DNA of 58,468 nucleotides, filler included, from Perkinsus olseni (Eukaryota): NCBI GenBank assembly GCA_013115125.1. It is 7 parts of 7 records of this genome, joined end to end, with 100 filler letters (N's around TTAATTAATTAA, not from the genome) between each part and the next. Parts side by side here need not be neighbours in the genome. Positions count along the whole stretch, not along the records: positions 16,917 to 25,183 come from JABANN010000976.1; positions 25,284 to 33,531 come from JABANN010000977.1; positions 33,632 to 41,860 come from JABANN010000978.1; 4 more parts are not named here. One strand, 5' to 3'. Shown piece by piece: positions 24,111 to 33,899 of this stretch (position 1 is its first letter; each line of letters starts with the position of its first letter). The notes under the pieces were generated by a model. It saw only the letters and a program-made list of their open reading frames with translations, ran no database searches and was not told where the DNA came from. The position numbers and the translations under genes were made by a program.

Positions 24111-24435
24111 TGTTACCTACCACTACTAGAGAAACGCAACGACAATCGAAGAGTAGCCTAGCAGGCAAAAAGATCTACGAGAATGATTCAGCGACTGAGT
24201 ACCAATAGCAGAGGTAACAACTCACACAATCTAAATGACTGTACGTAAGTGAGAAGAACCAATAGTCCAACCCTAATCTTCCCGATTCGAGCCGTATCTC
24301 GCGCTGCGGTTGCACGCATGCACGCAGCGCAAGCACGCACAATAAATAGACAAGGGCGCCGCGAGGCAAGATACAAGCGGAACGAAACAGGCAAACGAAG
24401 CCAGTTTCTACCCTATGCAACTTGCAGGCGTAACA
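24111..24435 (-). mobile_element. 3' LTR (325 bp) of a minus-strand LTR retroelement
   Basis: Inverted termini TGTTAC...GTAACA; on the minus strand it is immediately preceded by the purine-rich tract AGGGGACGAGG (24436-24446). Confidence 0.6.
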
Positions 24436-24611
24436 CCTCGTCCCCTAGAAACTCGGGTTCGTGCAGCAAAATTACGACTCAGCGAACAGGCTCAAAACCC
24501 ATAGCGAAATGGTAACTCAGCACGCTAATCAGGCAATAATCAATAGCTAATCATAATAATTCTGATATACTTCAAGAGAGCTCGTCAGGCATCAGTGGCA
24601 CGGACACGCAT

Positions 24612-25169
24612 TCAGTGCCTCCATCCCAGGGGCGAGAACTTGCGCAGGACCTTGTTCGAAACGTCCATCAGAGTAGTCCGTGAATCCCTCCTCCAGTGGG
24701 AGTCCAGGCTATATTGACCTCCGAGGTACATATCATACCTCTGGCGACGGCGCTCACGGTCAGCGTCAGTAGCGTCCATCCAGTAAACCATGTCGTCCAG
24801 GCCCGCATAGATAGTCGACTCCTTAAAACGAGGTTCGCCGTCCAGGCGGAAGGTGTGGTTCTCGCCAGGCTCCTGCTGAGCGAAGTCGCACTTGTAAGCG
24901 AACTCGGTGAGTACCTCAGGCGGATAGAGGCCACTCAAGCGACCTTGGTCATCCTTCATGGCGAGGTCCCAGGCACGATTAGAACGCGTGCAGAACACCG
25001 TACCACCTTCGACGATAGGACGTACCCGAGCCAAACGCTGCAGGCGGAAGATACACTGGTTAGCATGATCCTCGCAGCACACCAGGATATGAACTTCATC
25101 TCGAGGACTACCATCTAGGCACACTCGCAGCAAAGCCGCTAGACGTGCGATCTCGAGTTAGGCACTCAT
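24612..25169 (-). pseudogene. ORF of unknown function upstream of the PPT/LTR (early in-frame stop, MSA*LEIAR...)
   Basis: About 180 codons of protein-like composition with no RT, RNase H or integrase motifs. Confidence 0.45.
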
Positions 25170-25284
25170 TGTGTTGCGATGGANNNNNNNNNNNNNNNNN
25201 NNNNNNNNNNNNNNNNNNNNNNNNNNNTTAATTAATTAANNNNNNNNNNNNNNNNNNNNNNNNNNNNNNNNNNNNNNNNNNNNG

Positions 25285-26809
25285 GAAGGTGAGCGGGAGA
25301 AGATTCGGAAGGCCGCTGAGGCTGGTCGTGCACCGCCAGGAGGGCCTTATAGAATTACAGGGCAGGGTGTGCTGTTTCCATTTTGTGCGATTTTTCTTTC
25401 CGGAAATTTTCGAAAATTTCCGATGGAAATATACGGCGTGGAAATTTCCGGAAACATGTATGCACGAAGAAGGGTGGCTTCATTCCTTCGCGCAAGCGAA
25501 GAAAATTTACGTCACTTTCGGCCATTTATGCCGATTCTCGCATGAAATCTGTTTTTCCGTGGTTTATAATATAAAACTCCTGATAGGACTGGACGAAGAT
25601 CTGCCGTAAGTCATCCACCATGGATGATCTACGTCTACGCGCAACTCCGCCAAAACTGGCACTTATTTTCTTCGTGGGCGCTATCATTTGGTGGCGGGCA
25701 ATAAGTCTTCAGCTCCGAAGAGTCTTAGGCCTTTGGGCCTATGCGTTGACTTCTGACCCACCGACTGAGTCGATGGGCCGAGTCGAAGGGACTCGGGAGT
25801 CCAGCAAACTTACAATTACTTACGTATTCACATGCTCGAGTACGCTGAGGAATGAAGCAAGAGAGCAAGTGACCAAGGATTGATCAACATTCTCCCGATG
25901 GCCACTGGGCATTGCCCAGGTGCCCTACCATGTGCCATGACTGGTGTTCAACAGGTAGAAGGTGCGGTAAGCGATCATTGGGGAGGTAATTCCATAATGT
26001 TTCCGTTCTTTAGTGCGTTGCGAAATGGCGCAAGAAAGCAAGTGACCAAGGATTGGTCAACAATTTTGCGCGCCCGTAAGGGCGTGCGCAAAAATTTAGT
26101 GTTTCCATCATTTCCCGTCATTTCCAGATATTTCCAGTGGAAATTTCCGGAAAGGAAATATTTTCGCGTTTCCGGAAAAAAGGCACACCCTGTTACAGGG
26201 ACGACTCCTCTCTCGTTGTTCAAGACCCATGTCTCGGTGATCTCGTCTCGTCTAGTTCATGAATATTACTATCTCGCCCACCACATTGAGGCTCGACTGT
26301 GGATTGACATTGTCACTGCTAACCGCATGCTGTTGAAGAACCCCTTGCGCCGAGACAGTTATTCTGAGGCAGTCGATGATATTTGGCGAGCTTTGGAGCG
26401 AAGAGCGGGGAAGAATCGTGAGAGCGAGATTCTTCAGTCAGAAGGCTTGACGATGCAGCAGAAGAAGGGTGAAAGTGTGAGCGACTTCCTGCATCGGGTG
26501 AATGATTTCAGGTTGAGATGTCAGTGTGCAGGCATATCCCATAAGGACTCATATTGGATCACGCTGTGCAGGGTCGGTCTGACGAATGAATTGATTAAGA
26601 AGCTTAGCTGCTTGTCGGCGGTGAGAACGTGGGAAGAATGGTCAGAGAATGTCGAGCAGATGGCCGGAGATGATGCGGCCGGAGGTCGGGTACTTGAGGT
26701 CCTTGGAGTAAGCGCGTCGAATGCTGGCGGCACGCTGAACTCTGGGACGGGGAATGATGCGACTAGGGGGCGCGGTGACGGTAAGGGTCCGGCCGAGTTC
26801 CGGGGCAAG
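25285..26809 (+). mobile_element. Retrotransposon gag fragment interrupted by two hAT insertions
   Basis: Gag-like motif QQKKGESVSDFLHRV...GL. Excising 25363-26200 restores ...GGPYRITG|TTPLSLFK in frame. The ORF is cut at FRGK by the next element. Confidence 0.75.
25363..26192. mobile_element. Non-autonomous hAT-superfamily DNA transposon (830 bp)
   Basis: 10-bp TIR CAGGGTGTGC...GCACACCCTG; 8-bp TSD TTACAGGG (25355-25362 and 26193-26200); many subterminal GGAAA/TTTCC motifs; internal ~55-bp direct repeat (~25838 and ~26012). Confidence 0.95.
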
Positions 26810-26999
26810 CAGGGTGGTTGATGAGTGGAAAGGGTCGTTACAAAGTTTCCAGGGAAGGAAAGAATTGTAACAGGAAAGAATGGGACCGGAAAGGACGGAA
26901 ACTTTCCACTTCACGCGCGGCGAGCGAAATTTCCTTCGGCGTGCGATTTTTTTCTTGCGCTAACGCGCAAGACTGTTCGTGGTCAAGTTGAGTTATGAG
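26810..26999 (+). mobile_element. End of a hAT-like element (same family as 7933), interrupted by the LTR retrotransposon
   Basis: CAGGGTGGTTGATGAG start shared with 7933-8018; abruptly truncates the gag ORF. Confidence 0.75.
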
Positions 27000-27188
27000 T
27001 GTTGGGTATGACGATGCGAGTATATGACCATTGCTACTATTGTTGTGTATCCTTATTGTTGCATTATCGCTCGCCAAGATACTCGCATGTATATCTGAAA
27101 CCGCCGGCCCCGTAGGCCGAGACGGTCGTTCTAATTAAGCTCCAATCATCTAGTCGGGAGAGGTTGCGTTGTCAACTACGGATCTAAC

Positions 27189-28673
27189 ATGGTGACAGCT
27201 GACGAAATCGAGAACGCGCCCAATAGGGAGACTCTGACCAAGCTACGAGGAACTCTTCGGTCGTCACGGACACGGAAGATGAAGGACCTCTTAGCGCTGC
27301 GGAACCGTACCCGCAACTTCGACGTCAACGCCGACGATTTTGATGAGAAGGAGCTGGCCAGACTCTATGCTGACGAGGAAGAGTTCGAGGGTGTTATCGA
27401 AGGCCTCACTCGACTGATCGACCGAGCTTCGGCCCGGATATCGAGCTTCATGAATGAAAGCTTCGACCCTACTTCGACTGAGAACCCGTCGCCGACACCT
27501 ATGGACTCGGCTTTGCTACCGAGGTCGCCTGATACTGACTCACTGTCCACTTTGGTATCAGCCCTCACCTCGGCTCTGCAGAAGGAGCCTGACTTGCGGA
27601 TCCGCATCTCCGACGTCAATGGTCTCTCGGTGGCGAGTAAAGCCCTCAAGGACCCTTACCTGTTACCTGCCCACTTCAAGCGTGTCGAGCAGTTGTTCCT
27701 AGCATCTGGTTTCGCTACCTTGTCTGATAACAAGTTTCTGCCAGAACCGGACCCTGAGGTTTACCTCGTGGAGAAGCTGCTGGAGACCTTGGTCGACCAT
27801 GACCGGGTAGCCGCTGAAGCTAACAGCGTCGTCGACGAGGTTGGTGGTGATTGGCACAGGGTAAAGGCGGTCTTGTTGGATAAGTTTTCTCGTCCCGACG
27901 AGGTCCGCAGGGAGCTGCGTCGTAGGGTCGGTAAGCTCACATTCAAGGGCCCAGGTTCTATTGATGCTTTTCTGTCAGATGTCCGTCAGTTACGCATCTT
28001 GGCAAGTAGTATCTCGCCTGCTGATACGCCAACCACGAAGGCGTCGGACAATGTCCACTTTATCAACGCTATCCTACGATGCCTGCCGTCTGACATCTAC
28101 TCTTCGTTGGTTCAGCAGGTTACTCAAACGGCGAGGATTCTCCGGCCCGGTACGGCGTCGAAGGAATGGCAACTGCGTTTACCATTTGATGGTAAAGCCG
28201 ACGATGTGACAATCCTGTCCATCCTCAGTGATATCTGCCAGTCCTTCACGGTTGTTTCCGACTCCAGAAAGGCGAGCCGACCTCAGGACCGTGAGCAGCC
28301 TTCCAAGGATATTCGCGACAGGGTGCTCTTCACTGGCGATGCGGCGTCCACTAGCAAGCACAAGAAAGAGTACCGCGAGGTGATGACGTGGGCCCGCAGT
28401 CAACCTTACGTCCTGTTCGTGACCGGTCTTGGTGTCGGTAAGCTCGAGAGCGCGCCTGCTAACTCTCCCGGTTTAGGGGCGGCCAATGAGGTCAAGTTCC
28501 TGGTGTCACGGCGAGGCCAGAAGTATGCTTTGCTGGCCTTCGATTCCAGAACTTCCGGCGAGGTGGCGGCAACAGAGGGGTTCACAGACAGGAAGCTCTA
28601 TACCAGGGTGAAGCAGTTCGACTGTGATTACAAGCCCAATTCAAAAAACTCCCACGGTCGTGCGAGCCAGTAG
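27189..28673 (+). CDS. Gag-like protein (494 aa) of the LTR element
   Basis: Long intact ORF after the LTR with an N-terminal coiled coil and capsid-like W..VK..LL.KF / SIDAFL; followed by a slippery site. Confidence 0.85.
   Translation: MVTADEIENAPNRETLTKLRGTLRSSRTRKMKDLLALRNRTRNFDVNADDFDEKELARLYADEEEFEGVIEGLTRLIDRASARISSFMNESFDPTSTENPSPTPMDSALLPRSPDTDSLSTLVSALTSALQKEPDLRIRISDVNGLSVASKALKDPYLLPAHFKRVEQLFLASGFATLSDNKFLPEPDPEVYLVEKLLETLVDHDRVAAEANSVVDEVGGDWHRVKAVLLDKFSRPDEVRRELRRRVGKLTFKGPGSIDAFLSDVRQLRILASSISPADTPTTKASDNVHFINAILRCLPSDIYSSLVQQVTQTARILRPGTASKEWQLRLPFDGKADDVTILSILSDICQSFTVVSDSRKASRPQDREQPSKDIRDRVLFTGDAASTSKHKKEYREVMTWARSQPYVLFVTGLGVGKLESAPANSPGLGAANEVKFLVSRRGQKYALLAFDSRTSGEVAATEGFTDRKLYTRVKQFDCDYKPNSKNSHGRASQ
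27190..27201 (+). promoter_or_regulatory. Primer binding site, probably tRNA-Leu
   Basis: TGGTGACAGCTG immediately after the LTR CA; complementary to a tRNA 3' end CAGCUGUCA-CCA. Confidence 0.7.
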
Positions 28674-28704
28674 GCAGCTCGCACAATGGCCGGAGTGAGC
28701 CTAC
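28643..28704 (+). promoter_or_regulatory. -1 ribosomal frameshift signal (A AAA AAC plus H-type pseudoknot)
   Basis: Heptamer in gag phase; stem 1 GTGCGAGC/GCTCGCAC; loop GTAGGC pairs with downstream GCCTAC; the -1 frame is open into the protease. Confidence 0.85.
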
Positions 28705-31700
28705 ACTATCAACTTCCCCACCTACGAGCTCTCTGTCTGTTCCTCTTGGTGGTCAGCCTGCGGCATGCAACGCTGCAGCTTCTGCTGAGATCGATGCTCT
28801 GTCGACTGGTTCCAAGCAGCCGTTGTCGGATGGCCTAGCCCAGAATGGCAGCAACGCTTTGGTCGACCATGACTCAATCGACTCTATCCGCCTGAGAAGT
28901 GAACCCCACGGTGCTCAGCAACAGCGCCATCTGTCGGAGGTCACTCTTCAGCTTCGTCTCCGCCAGTCCGAGGAGACCCTTCAACTTCATGGAATTGTCG
29001 ACACTGGAGCCAGTGCATCGTACCTAGTCAGCCCCGACCCGTTGGCTCGATTGCCCTTCTCTGTGTCGTGTGCAGATAATCCTACGAGAGTCCAACTGGC
29101 GGACGGCCGCTGTATCGATGTCAACAGCACTATTCGTCTGTCCGTCTCCACCTTGGACATCAACCAGCGAGTCTCGCTGAGCGAGAGCGGTTTGGAGACA
29201 CCGATCACCTCTTCCGGTTCCTGCCTCTCTGCCAATCCCGTCGGGCGGCATCCAGCAACGATGCCACCCATAAGCCGTACTGTTTGATCGGGCGAGACCT
29301 TATCGACCATTGGCGAATCGTCTGCCATGGAGTCTCCGGGGCTTGGATTGCCGGTCGGTTAGTCTACGGTTCTGAACCACTTCCGGATGCCCAAGCCGGC
29401 GAGACGATCCAGGTCATCTCTGACGAACCATGGGACAACCAGTTGTTCTACGGTGACGATGCGACGACTGCGAGAGTTGACTCCTCGCAGTTCACTCTCC
29501 TTCCTCCTTCTTCGGTCCTCACCAAGCCGGTGGTCATTCGACTCCCACCGCGGACCGAGACCAGTCTGTTTGAGATCTGGAACTCTATCGCCGCCAAGGG
29601 TTGGTTGGACTCTTCCTCGGGTGGCTCGTATCGCACTCGGATCCGGCGCCTGCTTCCGTCTGAGCGTTTGGACGTTCCCGGTCAGGTTTACGTCGCCGAA
29701 TTGTACCTCCCTGCTCTCTCAGTGCCGAGAGTAGCCGTTGGAGACTACGCCCTCGCGATGTACCGCCGTTTGAGCAGTGCTCTTCAGAAGTCCTACGCTG
29801 AACTCGTAGGCGACTTTGTCAGCAAGGGGTTCTGGGCCGAAGCACCTCCCAGTAACGGAGGCCAGTCGCCTTCGGTGCCAGCGGCCAATGTGTTCTTGGT
29901 GACCAACAAGTCGTCGTCCCAGCCACCTTCCAAGAGTCGTCTCGTCTGCGATCTCCGGCCGATAAACTCGGCCTCGCCTATTGCAGCCGTCCATGGTGGT
30001 CCGGGTCTAGCCGATGTCTTGTGCTCGATCAGGATGACGGCCCCTATGGCCCTTGCTACAGCTGACATTAAGTCGGCGTTCTACTCCATCAGGTTATCGC
30101 CTGAGTCGGGCACCCCTGCCATCTCCATTAAGACTGCCGTCGGCAACTACATCACCGCGAGGGTTAGCTTCGGTGTATCTGCCGGGCGTTGGCGCTGCGT
30201 GGAACCTTGGGAGTAGGCGTCTCTGGCTATCGATGCAGCGACGTGGCCACGGATACCTGGCTCCACGACTATTTCGATGACCTGGTCATCGCCGGGTTAC
30301 CTGTCGCTGTCGCTCACAACCTCTGCCAGCCTCTCCGTTTCCTATTCCTTGGTGGCTTCTTACCTCAGGAAAAGAAGTTGGCGGTAGCCACGGTACCGAG
30401 GTCCGTCGAGGAGATTCAGGCGGTGTTCGCTGAGTGTGGTATGGATGTCAGCATTGGCTCTGCTGTCTCTATCTTCAATACCGACTTCGTCTACAGCTCC
30501 CGCGTAGGGCGTCCCATCCTGACGACTGACTGCCGGCGAGCTCTGCGCGTGGGTCGTGCCCTGCTATTCTTTCAGAAGGAGCCCCCCCTCACCCAGAAGT
30601 TATCAAAGAAGGCATTCTTCGGGATATCGGGGCTGCTCTCCTTCGACTGTGCAAAGTTACATGCCCGCGCTCGACTACTGGCTGATACGTTGAGGTCACT
30701 GGTGGGCGGTTGCTTTGCGACGGTGGACTGGGACTGCGTGTGCGACCTAGCAAGTATGTGCGACGACTACAAACTCGCCTACCTCGAGCTTGTTCGTTGG
30801 GGTCGAGAGATCTGCGAGGCGGAGTCTGTACCCTGCTCGCATGCTGTCATGGTCCGTACCAATGAGTCCCAGCCCATCAAGTTGGAGGTCTGTAGTGATG
30901 CTTCCCTGTTCGGTGGGGGTTTTGCGATCTACTCGGACGGCCAGCTTATCTACGAAGATGCAGTAAGATTCAGTCGAAGCCAGACTCTCCACTCGAGCAA
31001 CCGCCGTGAGTTACGTCTCTGCCTTTTAGCTCTCCGCAAGGTTGCTGAGATCGTTGAGTACTGCGCCAAGTCAGCCTGCAAGAAGCGACGAGGGGTGGTG
31101 CCCTTGGAGGTATGCTTCCGCTGTGACAACCGTCCCAGCTTAGCATGGATACAGTCTGGCTCTCTGAAACTGCAGTCTTCTAAGGTTCTCGAGAGAAGAG
31201 CCCTGGTGCGCCTGGTGGATGCTATCGGTTCCGAGTTGGACGTGATCCGCGAGCACAGCTCTCTCTCCCTTGACTTTATCCCCGGTGCCTCTAACACCCA
31301 CGCCGACTCCCTTAGCCGTCTACTGGATAGGCCAGTTGAGGACGCCGGTGGTCGGTGCCTTGGCGAGGTGTTGATTCCTCGCAAGGGGGGCGGGGTGTTG
31401 GACACTCACGAAGTCCTCGAGGGCCAGTGCTGTACTATCTTCGAAGCGTCACAGTCGACTGATGGTTGGTTCTCTCCCGAGGACATCTTCACCGGCGGCA
31501 GCACTGATGATGTCGACCACGACTTCTTGAGATTGGCAGCTGACTCCTGCTGCTTGCTGCGAGATGAATCTCTCGAATACGAGATGGGTCCCGCCCGTCA
31601 GCCCTTTTCGGGCGCTATTGTCGGCGGCACCTGTGGGTCGACTTCGCTCCTGATGACGACGTTGACCACTGTGGACACCATCTACTCGGTGCGTGACTGC

Positions 31701-33451
31701 CCGGGTTCACTCGGGCCAGATCTCTGCCGGGTAACGTCGGCTGCTGATGTCCAGTGTGAGCCTGTCATCGAAGGTATTGCGAGAGGGTGTTGTGATCTCG
31801 ACTCGGCTCTCTGGCGGTTGAGGTTCCTCAGGTTCATCATACAGTCGTGGCGATCACTATCATCGACGCCTCCGGGACCCCCTGCCGAAGAGCTCTACTT
31901 CGACCCGTCGGAGTGCTACGACCGCACCAATCTTGCGGTGGCGGCACGGTCGGCACAAAGACTCATGTTCGAGGTTACGCCCGGTCATAGCCCTCCGAGT
32001 TATTTGGGTGATCGGCTTCCTCAGGACGGTGGACCCCTGCAACGGCTTATCTGCAAGGAGTGCCCGGAGGTCTACGTATTCCGAAGCGGTCTACCCTCTG
32101 GAGAGCCGGTCCTGACGTTCCACCGACCCCGAGTTGCCGCGGTGTTCCGTCGGCTGGTGGTCTTCGATGCCCACCGGCGGTCGCTTCATAGTGGGCTGTC
32201 TGGCACTCTGGCATCCGTCGATCACTTCCACCTGTCGGCTATTGTGAGTGTGGCTCGGGATGTGATAGCTGGGTGTACTGCCTGCCGTATCGCCCATGCT
32301 ATCCGCGGCTGGCACTGTCCTCCCGGATGTGGCGAAGGAGAGTTGTCTGCCGAGGAGATGTCCAATTACCCGCCCTACACCTTCGCTACCGCCGACGTGG
32401 TTGCCCTAGGAGACGGTGTCAAGGCGGTAAGTGTACGGTGTCGTTTCAGTAGGCACTGTATTTGGCGTGATCTCCCTTCGGGAGTTGAGTCAACTGCTAA
32501 TGTGGTCGCTGCCTTGATTAGGATCCAGGCCATCACCGGTGGTATGAAGATCCTGTGGGTCGACTGCGCGTCATACTTTCGGTCGCGGGAGTTCCGAGAA
32601 TCTACCTGGAACAAGATGTCCACCACGGTGAGGTTACTCCCACGGCACGCGCCGTGGACGGGAAGCCATGAGCGTCACCACCGGACGATGCTGAACTACC
32701 TTCGTATGGTCACTCGGAACAGCGCCGGAAGGGTGAAACTGCTTTCCTCGGTCGACCGGGAGACCCTCTACGATCGAGTGGCCCTCACCCACAACTCCAT
32801 GCCTCTCGGTGGATACATCGTCTCGGGGCCTGAGTTGCGCTACATGTGCCCGGATCTGCTGGCGTATGGGCACGTGCGAGCCATAGGCGCCTCTGCCGCC
32901 ATCAAGCTCGAGGTCCCGCATCTGCCTTACAAGGTGTGCAAGCAGTCTCGGCAGGTGTACATCTCCGAAGTATGGTCCCGTATCAAGAAGGCCAACCTAG
33001 ATGTCCGACCCCGACTGCGTGCAGCCTATGATGACCTAGACCCAGGCCGGACGGTGTTGGTGTTTGTGCCGACGGCCCGGAAACTCGCCCTACCGTTCGT
33101 CATCGCTCATGTGGTTCGCCGGGTCAACCACCGAGTCGAAGTGGTGCACAGCACTGGAGCTGAGCTCCAGGAGCTCGCACCATGGAGCACTGTTACAACG
33201 TTGTCCCCTTCTCGCGGGATCCCAAGGACTATGTACCTCTTGCCCAAGGCCCGAGCCTCATCGATATGCCGTTGGACGTCTGGGTTGACGACCCTTCAGG
33301 TCACGGTGATTGGTATCGCGGTGTCGTTGTCGACCAGAGTGGCACCTTGGAGGTTTTGGTTCGTTGGGAGAACGGTGACCCAGAGGAATGGTTAGATCTC
33401 AACACTGAGACGTGGCGGCCTTCCTACGCAGACGGTGATGACTCACCGTAG
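28649..33451 (+). pseudogene. Pol polyprotein (protease, RT, RNase H, integrase, Tudor-like tail) with frameshifts near 29180, 30186 and 33165
   Basis: IVDTGAS/IGRDLI; RLVCDLRPIN, ADIKSAF, FGVSAG, YFDD; CSDAS, RRELR, CDN, NTHADSLSR; H-x4-H...CTAC, TADVV, WVDCASYF, PRHAPWTGSHE. Confidence 0.92.
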
Positions 33452-33899
33452 GGGGGCGTGTTGGGTATGACGATGCGAGTATATGACCATTGCTACTATT
33501 GTTGTGTATCCTTATTGTTGCATTATCGCTCNNNNNNNNNNNNNNNNNNNNNNNNNNNNNNNNNNNNNNNNNNNNTTAATTAATTAANNNNNNNNNNNNN
33601 NNNNNNNNNNNNNNNNNNNNNNNNNNNNNNNTTTTTAATTCCAATGACACTGGCTAAATTGCTATCAAAATGGTTTAAACCGAACGAAAAAGCATTTTAT
33701 TTGCTCGGGAAAAGGTGTAGTTTGACGTCGTGTAGGGTAAGCCTGGCACGCCCGACTGAAGCCCAGGAGAACCGTTTCCCAAACGGGCTTCGTTCCATCA
33801 GTCTGTACTTACTCGCACGTCATGTCGAGTCGACTGCGAGGAAGTCTCGGCGATTGATTGAAGCCGCCCGACGGACAAGGCCGCCGTTTAGGTGAAACT

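Larger units (their letters stand above)
27000..33531 (+). mobile_element. Near full-length LTR retrotransposon, BEL/Pao-like (gag, PR-RT-RH-IN)
   Basis: 5' LTR 27000-27189 (TGTT...AACA); PBS TGGTGACAGCTG; PPT AGGGGGGCG; the 3' LTR from 33459 is identical to the 5' LTR for the 73 bp present. Confidence 0.95.

Noticed and set aside
25880-26200. N-terminal part of the 313-aa ORF, and likewise the N-terminus of ORF 2669..3505
   Set aside because: These are read-through from non-coding transposon sequence into the interrupted genes.
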